From the NCBI GenBank assembly GCA_035357435.1, contig DAOPNM010000004.1:1-26653 (forward strand): 26,653 bases of DNA, in the 5' to 3' direction. The notes beneath the pieces were generated by a model that saw nothing but the letters and a program-made list of their open reading frames with translations, was not told the origin of the DNA and made no database searches. Position 1 is the stretch's first letter, and every line of letters starts with the position of its first letter. The position numbers and the translations under genes were made by a program. The DNA comes from an archaeon. Lineage in GTDB: Archaea; Iainarchaeota; Iainarchaeia; Iainarchaeales; CSSED10-239. Shown piece after piece: positions 17,014-25,466 of this stretch.

Positions 17014-20000
17014 TTAATCAAAAGAAGTAAGATAATTTCTTACATGTACAAGTTCTTCTGGGGAATAATAACCTGGTGGTGCAAGGACTACTTTAATTTT
17101 TCTAAAACTTTCTGTATATGCATTTAAACTATACATATATGACTTATTAAGAGCAAGATGTACAAAAGCATCAGACATATCTTGATAATTTCCTAAATAA
17201 AAAATAGCATGACTATAAGGCACGGGTTTACCTCTAAACCTATTTTCACCAACATACACCCCTAAAATTAAACCAGGATATAAATGGTCTAAATTCAAAG
17301 GTTTTCCATCTTCCCAACTCCAAAGAACTTGTGCATCACCTCTTCCTTTTTTTGGTAAATCCCAAGCATTTGCTGATTCCCATTCTATTTTGTTACCAGA
17401 TGAATCAGTACCATAATCATAATATCTATTCCCAAACTTCACTGCAAACCCTGCACAGTGTTTATATCCAACAGGTAAATCCATACATTTTTGTTTAAGT
17501 ATACAATAATTATATTTTGCAATATCTTTTGTTTCAAACAAAGGTGTAGGTACTTTAAAAGGGTATAAATTAAGAGTAAGAGCATGCATTACGGATTTAG
17601 GAAGAACTTCTGTGTTATATATTGTATATGGGTCTATAAATGTTTCCTGAATAATTGCATCATCAAAATTATGCATCATCATTTTATATGTTAAATAATA
17701 AGATAACTTTACAATATCTTGAAATACACCTTCATGTGTTAAATTGCTTGAAATATTAAAAGGTTTATTTTGTGCCAAAAATTTTGTATTAGGATTCCAA
17801 TATTTATAAAATAAAATAAAAGCAGCATCTATTGCCTCATTATTATCATAACTCTCAAACACATTTTTGTCAAAAGTTATTTCTTGTGTATTATTAGATG
17901 GACTTGCTATTAATTTATCTTTATCCCTAGAATACACAGCACCTGCAAACAATACAGATGCATAATTTTTATAATTTATATTTTCTGTTTGTTTCATATA
18001 ATTACATAATGAAACATAATCATCTTTTGTAAAATTACCATCATTAACATCATTTAAAAAACGCATTGGTGTTCTATCCTCTGAAACTAAATAAACTTTA
18101 GGTGCTTCTGTAGAGTCATTGTTTTGAGAAGAAGGTGTTGTTTGATTAGAAGATGAATCAATAATATTAGTATTGTTCAATTCAGAAACTGGCTTAGCCA
18201 AAGATAACAATTTATCTTGTTGGTCCTTAGGCAAACTAGAAAAATCTAAAAAAGAAACATACTTTAAAGAATCTGGAATATCAGAAACAATTTCTGTTAG
18301 AGGTATAATTTTTGAAGAAATTTCTTTTGATAATAATGTATCCTGTAAAATTGGATATTCAATATAACCTATCAAAGGCAACTCAGTATAAATTGTTTGC
18401 TCAGGATCTGTTTGTAATTCTTCTTTTTTAAAAACTAATTCTTGTTCTAAATCAAAAGGATATATCTCATTAAAATTATTATCCGAAAACTTAGCTTTAT
18501 TAAAATAATCTTTTAAACTAATATAACCTTTATCAATTACTTCTTCACTATTACAATAACTCTTCAAATCAACTTGTGCCCAGCCACTATCTTCTTCTTT
18601 AGTAAAACCACCAGTACCATACTCAGAAGTTTGTGCAATTATTGCCCAAAACTGAGCTGTTTCTTCTTCTGTTAACCCATAAAGATTAGCAACATCAAAA
18701 ATAACAGAATTAAAATTAGCTAATTTTTGAAGTTCTTTAGGGTTTGGATTTACTACATATCTCAAATATTTATTAAAATAAATTTCTCTTAAAATATATA
18801 TGTAATACATATCATTATACATTTTATCATAAACACCACCACTAGAAACATGTTTATTAAAAGACAAATTAAATACATCTAAATTTGATAATAAACCACC
18901 TAAATAATCTAAATAAAACTCATCTGTTACTTCTAAATTAACTATCTTTTTTGCAGATCTTGGGCCAATAATATTTCTATAATTTAATGCAAAAGTATCA
19001 TCTTCTGGTAAAAATGTAAAAGGTGTTAAAAACAAATAATCTAGTTCATAATTAGGATTCTGTAAAAATGTATTTTCATCAGCTAAATCATAAAATTTTT
19101 GATTATTAAAACCTGCAGGGCTTATTGGCCCTGTATAATCTAAATGATCTACATTCCCAGCAAATGGTTTATATTGAGCACCTACAATAATAGTAGGAAG
19201 ATTTGTAGGGAAAACTATTTCAACCTTAGAATTAAATTCTTGTAATTTAGAAACTTTAATCTTATACTTATATGGAACAATCTTTGTATTAGAAATACAA
19301 TTTTCATTAACATTTACATCACAAAAATAAATAGTATTTGTATCAATTTCTTTAAAATCAACATCATTTTTAATAAATAAATCTTTTTGCATATATTCTT
19401 TAAAATCAGGAGTTCTAGGTATTCCATAAAAATAAATATAATCTTCTTTATTAAAATCACTATAATTAGAAACCGTTAATATTAACTTTTTAGTATTTGT
19501 TTTTGCCTCTAATGCAAGATTTAATATATTTGAATAATACCCAGGGAAAATCTTTTCAGGAGCTATTGATTCTACAGACAAAGAAAGATCAGATATATAT
19601 GGCTGTATCTTTAATTTAATTTTTTTGTGTGGATCAGTTTTAGAAATTAAAGTTAGAGAAAAACCTTTTGTTAGATCATCAATAGTTATATCCCTTAATT
19701 GCAATGAATTAGTAGGAATAATTGACTTTTTTGCAGATGTGCCAACTAACTTAATATTAAATTCATTTAGGTTTAAAGATACTAAATCATTTTCAGACCA
19801 TTCTAAAGAATCTAAATTCATCTCAAAAAAAGTAAACATAAACTGAAATTTAGAAGAACCTATAGAAGATTTCCCATATAAATTATCAAGTAATATACGT
19901 AAAACAATCTCTTGATTTGCATAATCTACTTCATGGAAATAAGGTAATGTTTTACCTTGAAATAAAATTTCTAAATTAAAATAAACAGGATAATCTAAAA

Positions 20001-20841
20001 CTAAAGATTCATATTGTGGCAATAAATCATTATCATTTATTTTTTTCTTAAAAAAAGAAGCATCTTTATTTGGCTCATCAAACAAATAATTATCCTTTCT
20101 ATAATATTTTCTATCATACTTTAAAAACCCAGACCTTTCAATTTTAGAATATAAAAAATTCTTTTGCAAAACAACATCATTGTTTTCTTTTGCTAGGCCT
20201 GCATAATTTGCATGAGGCGAATTATATTGAAAACCAAATAAATAAAGCGTACCAGGTGCATCAATTACTTTTCCAGGAATTACAAAATCCATATTTGTTT
20301 TTTGTTGAGATGGTGTATATGAAGAAATATAAACATAATTAATTATAAAATAATCTCCTAAAAATAAATCTTGAATATATTTTGAATACTCAAGAGATGA
20401 AATATTAAAAAAATTTGACATTTTTGTTTTATATAAATTATAATAATACATATATTCCTGTTCTGATTCTGCATCTTGGCAACTTTTAATAAGTGAAAAA
20501 ATACCACCTTCTTCAAAATTAGATTTATCATAAACTAAATTAGACAATAATGTTTTAAGTTCAAACTCAGAAACAGACAATTCTTCATCAGCATATGGAT
20601 TATTTGTGTCTTCATCTAATATTGGATAAAATAGTTCATCATCTAAATAAACACCAACTAAATAAAGAGTATTTGTTGTATTTTCTAAACTTAAATTACC
20701 CATAAACACATTTTCTGATAAAAAATAATTTACATCATTTATCTTTAAACCAACATCATCAGATTGTGCAAAAATTGTTGGAAAGATAAATAAAAAAAAC
20801 AAGAAAAAAAACAATGTTTGTATAAAAATATTTTTTTGCAT
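17014..20841 (-). CDS. large secreted protein with C-terminal CHAP/NlpC-P60-like Cys-His hydrolase domain
   Basis: 1275 aa. The signal peptide is MQKNIFIQTLFFFLFFLFIFPTIFA/QSDD. The protein is Asn/Tyr-rich with many N-x-S/T sequons. C-terminal pattern (aa ~1115-1235): YKHCAGFAV...ESANAWDL...PGLILGVYVGE...YSHAIFYLG. Weak SLT-like motif at aa ~715-760: LYGLTEEETAQFWAIIAQTSEYG...GWAQV. Confidence 0.8.
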   Translation of the reverse strand: MQKNIFIQTLFFFLFFLFIFPTIFAQSDDVGLKINDVNYFLSENVFMGNLSLENTTNTLYLVGVYLDDELFYPILDEDTNNPYADEELSVSEFELKTLLSNLVYDKSNFEEGGIFSLIKSCQDAESEQEYMYYYNLYKTKMSNFFNISSLEYSKYIQDLFLGDYFIINYVYISSYTPSQQKTNMDFVIPGKVIDAPGTLYLFGFQYNSPHANYAGLAKENNDVVLQKNFLYSKIERSGFLKYDRKYYRKDNYLFDEPNKDASFFKKKINDNDLLPQYESLVLDYPVYFNLEILFQGKTLPYFHEVDYANQEIVLRILLDNLYGKSSIGSSKFQFMFTFFEMNLDSLEWSENDLVSLNLNEFNIKLVGTSAKKSIIPTNSLQLRDITIDDLTKGFSLTLISKTDPHKKIKLKIQPYISDLSLSVESIAPEKIFPGYYSNILNLALEAKTNTKKLILTVSNYSDFNKEDYIYFYGIPRTPDFKEYMQKDLFIKNDVDFKEIDTNTIYFCDVNVNENCISNTKIVPYKYKIKVSKLQEFNSKVEIVFPTNLPTIIVGAQYKPFAGNVDHLDYTGPISPAGFNNQKFYDLADENTFLQNPNYELDYLFLTPFTFLPEDDTFALNYRNIIGPRSAKKIVNLEVTDEFYLDYLGGLLSNLDVFNLSFNKHVSSGGVYDKMYNDMYYIYILREIYFNKYLRYVVNPNPKELQKLANFNSVIFDVANLYGLTEEETAQFWAIIAQTSEYGTGGFTKEEDSGWAQVDLKSYCNSEEVIDKGYISLKDYFNKAKFSDNNFNEIYPFDLEQELVFKKEELQTDPEQTIYTELPLIGYIEYPILQDTLLSKEISSKIIPLTEIVSDIPDSLKYVSFLDFSSLPKDQQDKLLSLAKPVSELNNTNIIDSSSNQTTPSSQNNDSTEAPKVYLVSEDRTPMRFLNDVNDGNFTKDDYVSLCNYMKQTENINYKNYASVLFAGAVYSRDKDKLIASPSNNTQEITFDKNVFESYDNNEAIDAAFILFYKYWNPNTKFLAQNKPFNISSNLTHEGVFQDIVKLSYYLTYKMMMHNFDDAIIQETFIDPYTIYNTEVLPKSVMHALTLNLYPFKVPTPLFETKDIAKYNYCILKQKCMDLPVGYKHCAGFAVKFGNRYYDYGTDSSGNKIEWESANAWDLPKKGRGDAQVLWSWEDGKPLNLDHLYPGLILGVYVGENRFRGKPVPYSHAIFYLGNYQDMSDAFVHLALNKSYMYSLNAYTESFRKIKVVLAPPGYYSPEELVHVRNYLTSFD

Positions 20842-20919
20842 AAAATTATCTTTTATTTATTTTAAATGTTTTGTTTTTTTGAATTATTTATATTCGAATA
20901 ATATTTAATACATAAAAAT

Positions 20920-20959
20920 ATATTTAATTTAAACCAAAACATATTTAATTTAAACCAAA
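20920..20959. repeat. tandem direct repeat, 2 x ATATTTAATTTAAACCAAA (21-nt period), in a divergent intergenic region
   Basis: Copies at 20920-20938 and 20941-20959, read directly. Confidence 0.85.
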
Positions 20960-21088
20960 TAAATATAATACAAAAACCTTTAAAAAACAATGGTTCATTT
21001 TTAAAAGTGAAATATAATATATGTTTTTTAACAATAATATTTAAATATATAACCTATTACAAATACATTAAACAATTGAGGAAAAAAT

Positions 21089-22528
21089 ATGGTTATAAAA
21101 ATATATAATACACTAACAAGAAAAAAAGAAACATTTAAACCAACAACACCAGGACTATTAAAAATTTATGTCTGCGGATTGACTGTTTATGACAATCCAC
21201 ATATTGGACATGCATTTTCAAATATATTCTATGATGTTCTAATTAATTATTTTAAACATTTCCATAATTACAATATTCTCTACATTAGAAACATTACAGA
21301 TGTAGGGCACTTAACAGAAGAAACAATGGAAGACAAAATAGAAAAAAGAGCAATTGAAAGGAAAATGCATCCAATGGAACTTGTATATATGTATACAAAA
21401 AAAATGTGGGAAAACTATGATGCACTACTATTAGATAGGCCAAACATTGAACCAACAGCAACAGGCCATTTAATTGAAATGCAAGATTGGATAAAACAAA
21501 TGCTTGAAGAAGGATTTGCATATAAAACAAAAAAAGGAAATATTTATTTTGATATATCTAAAGTGCCAGAATATGGAAAACTAGCAAACAAAAAAATAGA
21601 TGAACTAGAAAAAGACACAAGATTTGAAACAGATCCTGAAAAAAAAAATCCACATGACTTTGCATTATGGAAAATTGCAGATGAAAAACATATAATGAAA
21701 TGGAGCTCACCATGGGGGGTGGGGTTCCCTGGATGGCATTTAGAATGCTCAATAATGAGCACAAAATATTTAGATGACAAATTTGATATACACGGTGGAG
21801 CTGTAGACCTTGTATTTCCACATCATGAAAACGAAAGAGCACAAAATTATGCACACTTCAAAAAAGAAGTTGTAAAATATTGGGTACATACTGCACTACT
21901 TACAATTAATGGAAAAAAAATGAGTAAATCTCTTGGAAATTTTATAACTATAGATGAATATTTAAAAAAACATTCACCACAAGCATTAAGATATTTAAAA
22001 ACAAGTGGGCATTATAGAAAACCACAAGATTACAGTGAACAAGCAATAATTGATGCAGAAAAAACATTAGAAAAAATAAATAACTTTATACAAAGATTAG
22101 AAATGGTAGACAATAATAGCTCAACAGAATCATCAATCAAACAAATTTTAGAAACAACAAAAACAAACTTTTCAAATGCAATGGATGACGATTTTAATAC
22201 CCCTGCTGCATGGGCAAACATTCATTTTCTAATAAAAGAGACAAACAAACTATTAGATAAAAATGCATTAACAACACAAGATGCACAAAATATTTTAGAA
22301 TTTCTAAAAAAAATAAATCTTGTATTCAAAGTTTTTACATTTAAAAAAGAAGAAACACAAAACAAACCAAAAATAAAAAAAGAAGAAATAGAAAAACTTA
22401 TAGAAAAAAGAAACAAATTAAGAGAACAGAAAAAATGGGAAGAAGCAGATGCAATAAGAGCAAAATTAAGTGAAAAAGGAATTATTTTATTTGATGACAA
22501 AAACAAAACCACATGGACATATGCATAA
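21089..22528 (+). CDS. cysS: cysteinyl-tRNA synthetase
   Basis: Class I signatures HIGHA and KMSKS, the WHLEC zinc/cysteine-binding region, and a GAGG Shine-Dalgarno ~9 nt upstream of the ATG. Confidence 0.95.
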   Translation: MVIKIYNTLTRKKETFKPTTPGLLKIYVCGLTVYDNPHIGHAFSNIFYDVLINYFKHFHNYNILYIRNITDVGHLTEETMEDKIEKRAIERKMHPMELVYMYTKKMWENYDALLLDRPNIEPTATGHLIEMQDWIKQMLEEGFAYKTKKGNIYFDISKVPEYGKLANKKIDELEKDTRFETDPEKKNPHDFALWKIADEKHIMKWSSPWGVGFPGWHLECSIMSTKYLDDKFDIHGGAVDLVFPHHENERAQNYAHFKKEVVKYWVHTALLTINGKKMSKSLGNFITIDEYLKKHSPQALRYLKTSGHYRKPQDYSEQAIIDAEKTLEKINNFIQRLEMVDNNSSTESSIKQILETTKTNFSNAMDDDFNTPAAWANIHFLIKETNKLLDKNALTTQDAQNILEFLKKINLVFKVFTFKKEETQNKPKIKKEEIEKLIEKRNKLREQKKWEEADAIRAKLSEKGIILFDDKNKTTWTYA

Positions 22529-22553
22529 ACACATATTAACAAATATTGTGTTT
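22527..22553. terminator. hairpin between convergent cysS and asnS (candidate bidirectional terminator)
   Basis: In AAACACATATTAACAAATATTGTGTTT, outer stem AAACACA/TGTGTTT plus 4 more pairs with one bulge. A- and T-runs follow. Confidence 0.35.
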
Positions 22554-22583
22554 AAAAAAATTATAAAAAAAATAAATTCAAAC

Positions 22584-23888
22584 TTATGGTTTATATCTAA
22601 TCATTGTTCTTGGAAAAGGAATTGCATCTTTTATTGAATCTGTACCTAAAATATATGCAACTAATCTTTCTACACCCATACCATAACCTGAATGGGGTAC
22701 AGAACCATATCTTCTAGTATCTAAATAAAATTCATAGTTTTGTGGATTTTCACCCATCTCTATTAATCTTTTTGTAATTTTATCTATATCTGCTTCTCTT
22801 TCACTTGCACCAATAATTTCTCCATAAGCCTCAGGAGCAATACAGTCAAATCCTAAAACAACATCTGGATTTTCTGGATCTTCCTTCATATAAAATGCTT
22901 TTACCTTTTTTGGATATTTTGTAATTATTATAAATGTATCAAAAAGTTTAGAAAGTTTATCTTCTTCAATAGTTCTTAAATCTTTCCCCCATGGTATTGA
23001 AATATTATATTTTTGTTTAAGCAGATTTAATGCTTCATCATATGTAATTCTAACAAAAGGTTTTGAAATTGCAGTTTCCAACTTATTAATATCTCTTTTC
23101 CAATTATCTAAATCTTCTTTATTATTCTCTAAGACTTTAGAAATAACAAACTTAAGTAAATCTTCTGCATAATCTTGAAGTTCAGTAAACTCCATCCATG
23201 CAGCTTCCATCTCAGCATGCCAAAATTCTGTTAAATGTCTTGCAGTTTTTGATCTTTCTGCTCTAAATGATGGAGAAATAGTATATATTTTTTCTAATGC
23301 AAAAATTGCTGGTTCTGCATACAACTGCCAAGTTTGAGCAAGGAAAACACCTTTCTTTTCAAAATAAGGAACTTCAAATAATGTAGAACCACCTTCACAT
23401 TGAACACTTTGTAAAATTGGGGAATGATATTCATAAAAGCCTCTTGACCTATAAAACTCATGGATTGAATTAAAAACTGTTGATCTTATTTTTAACATAG
23501 ATGTCATTTTTCTACTTCGTAACCATAAATGTCTAACATCTAAAAGAAACTCTTCAGAAAAATCTTTAGAAATTGGATAATTTTCACTTTTACCTATGAC
23601 CTTTAAATCACTTACATCCAATTCATAACCTTGTGGTGATCTTTCATCTTTTCTTAAATTACCTAAAACCTCAATAGAAGATTCTATTCCTAAAGATTGA
23701 GCAGCATCATATACCTGCTTTGAAACTTTCGATTTATCTATAACCAACTGTAAAATACCAGAAGAATCTCGTAAAACTATAAATACAATATCTTTTTGTT
23801 CTCTATATCTATACACCCACCCTCTTAAATTAGAGACACTTTCACCTTTAGCTATTGCATCTTTTATTAAAGAAAAATTGTTTTGCAT
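22584..23888 (-). CDS. asnS: class IIb aminoacyl-tRNA synthetase, most likely asparaginyl-tRNA synthetase
   Basis: N-terminal OB fold (LRGWVYRYREQKDIVFIVLRD). Motif 2 is FRAERSKTARHLTEFWHAEME and motif 3 is GYGMGVERL. The C-terminal YLDTRRYGSVPHSGYG...IPFPR resembles AsnRS more than archaeal AspRS, but I cannot exclude AspRS by eye. Confidence 0.7.
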   Translation of the reverse strand: MQNNFSLIKDAIAKGESVSNLRGWVYRYREQKDIVFIVLRDSSGILQLVIDKSKVSKQVYDAAQSLGIESSIEVLGNLRKDERSPQGYELDVSDLKVIGKSENYPISKDFSEEFLLDVRHLWLRSRKMTSMLKIRSTVFNSIHEFYRSRGFYEYHSPILQSVQCEGGSTLFEVPYFEKKGVFLAQTWQLYAEPAIFALEKIYTISPSFRAERSKTARHLTEFWHAEMEAAWMEFTELQDYAEDLLKFVISKVLENNKEDLDNWKRDINKLETAISKPFVRITYDEALNLLKQKYNISIPWGKDLRTIEEDKLSKLFDTFIIITKYPKKVKAFYMKEDPENPDVVLGFDCIAPEAYGEIIGASEREADIDKITKRLIEMGENPQNYEFYLDTRRYGSVPHSGYGMGVERLVAYILGTDSIKDAIPFPRTMIRYKP

Positions 23889-23979
23889 AAATTATCCTTA
23901 TTCAAATATTTTTTTATTCTAAAAGTTATAAAATAATATATAGAGAAACAATTTTTAATTAAGATGGTTTTTTAGAAAA

Positions 23980-24975
23980 TTAAAAATCTAAAATAGTTCT
24001 TTGTGAAAGTTCTTGTAAAGATTTTGCATTAATACCTAACTCTTTTTCAACACTATGAGCAAACTCTCTAGCAAAGCCATGTACAGTATATACCTGCTTA
24101 GGATTTACTTGAGAAACAAAATTAAGTAAACTACGATAATCACCATGTGCAGAAATAGGAACATTATTTACACCTCTTGTATAATTCCAACCAGTAAAAA
24201 CATATGCTGAAACATTTCTATCTAATTGTAAACTTAATGTATGGACAAGTGCTTTATTTACTAAAGAAATTGGTAAAACTAAAAAATTATTATCGCGTAA
24301 ATTCCCATCTAATAATTCATAATCTAAACTATAACCATATTTTTTATAAACCTCAGAATAACTAAACGTCTTTGGATCAACAATTGGTTTTTCTTTAAAA
24401 AAATTATTTATAAAAAAAATTAGTTCTTGATTTTTACCTAAACTATAACCACCAAACACAATAAAATTATTATTTGCTAAATCATATTTTATTTTCTTAA
24501 CTAACGTATCATAGGTTTCAAAAAGATCTGGAAAAGAAAAATTTGGTCTTCCAAAAGTAGACTCAATTACTAAAATATCAGCATGAACTGGTTCTGCACC
24601 TTTCAAAAGCAAAGAAGTATTTGGGTTAAAATCACCAGTATATAAAAGAGTTTCACCGTCTCCTTCAAAAAAATACATGGTACTACCTAAAATATGACCT
24701 GCATTTAATGGCGTAACAAAAAGATTATCTGAAAGCTTAATTTTTTTACCATATGCCAAATCATTAAAACTAAAATTATTTTTAGGGAAAATATTTTTAA
24801 TAATTGAAATTGTTTCTGAACTTGCAAATGCTTGTTGAGGTGTATTTACTATATGGTCAGAATGGGCATGTGTAATTAAAGAACAATCTTTATCCTGTGT
24901 TTGTTTTGTTTGATCTAAATTTATTTTTATATCTGAATCGAGAATTGACAAAAAAGATGTATATTGTAATTTCAT
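23980..24975 (-). CDS. metallo-beta-lactamase fold beta-CASP family nuclease (short COG1236-like form)
   Basis: HAHSDH (motif 2), NAGHILGS (motif 3), YTGDFN (motif 4), then beta-CASP motifs VIESTFG, SAHGD and TVHG, in the correct order. Confidence 0.8.
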   Translation of the reverse strand: MKLQYTSFLSILDSDIKINLDQTKQTQDKDCSLITHAHSDHIVNTPQQAFASSETISIIKNIFPKNNFSFNDLAYGKKIKLSDNLFVTPLNAGHILGSTMYFFEGDGETLLYTGDFNPNTSLLLKGAEPVHADILVIESTFGRPNFSFPDLFETYDTLVKKIKYDLANNNFIVFGGYSLGKNQELIFFINNFFKEKPIVDPKTFSYSEVYKKYGYSLDYELLDGNLRDNNFLVLPISLVNKALVHTLSLQLDRNVSAYVFTGWNYTRGVNNVPISAHGDYRSLLNFVSQVNPKQVYTVHGFAREFAHSVEKELGINAKSLQELSQRTILDF

Positions 24976-25130
24976 AAATTATCAAACATATATAATTATA
25001 TAATTTGTAGTTTTGCAGTTAAACCCGTTATCTAAACTAATTGTTAAAGAAAATATATAAAAACAAATGCTTTTTGATAAGACATTTGCTAAAACTAAAA
25101 AAAAATTAACAATTTATAAACATTTAGGAA

Positions 25131-25139
25131 TAATATATA
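25131..25139 (+). promoter_or_regulatory. TATA-like box upstream of tRNA-Trp
   Basis: TAATATATA centred about 23 nt upstream of the tRNA 5' end. The whole spacer is AT-rich, so specificity is weak. Confidence 0.3.
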
Positions 25140-25157
25140 CTTACAAATTTTCACAAA

Positions 25158-25230
25158 GGGGACATGAGGCAACCAGGCAACCTTGCTGGCTCCAGACCAG
25201 CGTATTCGGGTTCAAATCCCGATGTCCCCA
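25158..25230 (+). tRNA. tRNA-Trp (anticodon CCA), intron-less
   Basis: Acceptor GGGGACA/TGTCCCC, discriminator A, U8, A14, G18G19, anticodon stem GCTGG/CCAGC with loop CTCCAGA, T-arm TCGGG-TTCAAAT-CCCGA. Confidence 0.9.
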
Positions 25231-25237
25231 TAACCTA

Positions 25238-25244
25238 TTTTTTT
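25238..25244 (+). terminator. T7 run immediately downstream of tRNA-Trp
   Basis: TAACCTATTTTTTTGGG. An oligo-T tract is the usual archaeal termination signal. Confidence 0.5.
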
Positions 25245-25304
25245 GGGTCTGATTGTTTTGGTATAAAATTACTGACATTAAAAGAGGTACAAAGTGGGTT
25301 CCTG

Positions 25305-25321
25305 GTGTCCAAGATTTAATG
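25305..25321. repeat. 17-nt intergenic motif GTGTCCAAGATTTAATG (copy 2 of 3)
   Basis: Differs from copy 3 at one position and from copy 1 at two. Confidence 0.6.
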
Positions 25322-25445
25322 TGTTCTCGAAGGATAGAAAATATTACCCATATAAACAAACTAAAAAGCAAGATTTGTTGGGCAACAACAAGAAACTTTG
25401 GCAGACATAATATTAAAATAGAAGAAAGAAAAAAGAGATTTAAAA

Positions 25446-25462
25446 GTGCCCAAGATTTAATG
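25446..25462. repeat. 17-nt intergenic motif GTGCCCAAGATTTAATG (copy 3 of 3)
   Basis: Lies 4 nt beyond the stop of the minus-strand repeat protein and 141 nt from copy 2, in the same orientation. Confidence 0.6.
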
Positions 25463-25466
25463 CGTT

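Noticed and set aside
4610-22542. Short antisense ORFs inside larger genes: 4610..4831, 7342..7593, 8671..8865, 9603..9794, 12855..13106, 14644..14916, 16945..17127, 18173..18367, 19625..19846, 21294..21530, 21544..21780, 21558..21854, 22030..22221, 22222..22542, and also 2289..2471
   Set aside because: Each is fully embedded antisense in a CDS with strong family signatures, and their Phe/Leu/Ser-rich translations mirror Lys/Glu-rich sense codons. The five within cysS reflect its A-rich coding strand, not real genes.
22584-23888. Calling this gene aspartyl-tRNA synthetase
   Set aside because: The class IIb core fits both enzymes. However, the C-terminal YLDTRRYGSVPHSGYG and the FRAE.S.T.RHL.EFW motif are closer to AsnRS as I remember the families. 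I keep AsnRS at reduced confidence rather than AspRS.
25231-25466. Box C/D sRNA or tRNA-derived attachment site next to tRNA-Trp
   Set aside because: I found no RUGAUGA box C on either strand, only isolated CTGA strings. No duplication of the tRNA 3' end, as expected for an integrative-element att site, is present downstream, and there is no integrase nearby.
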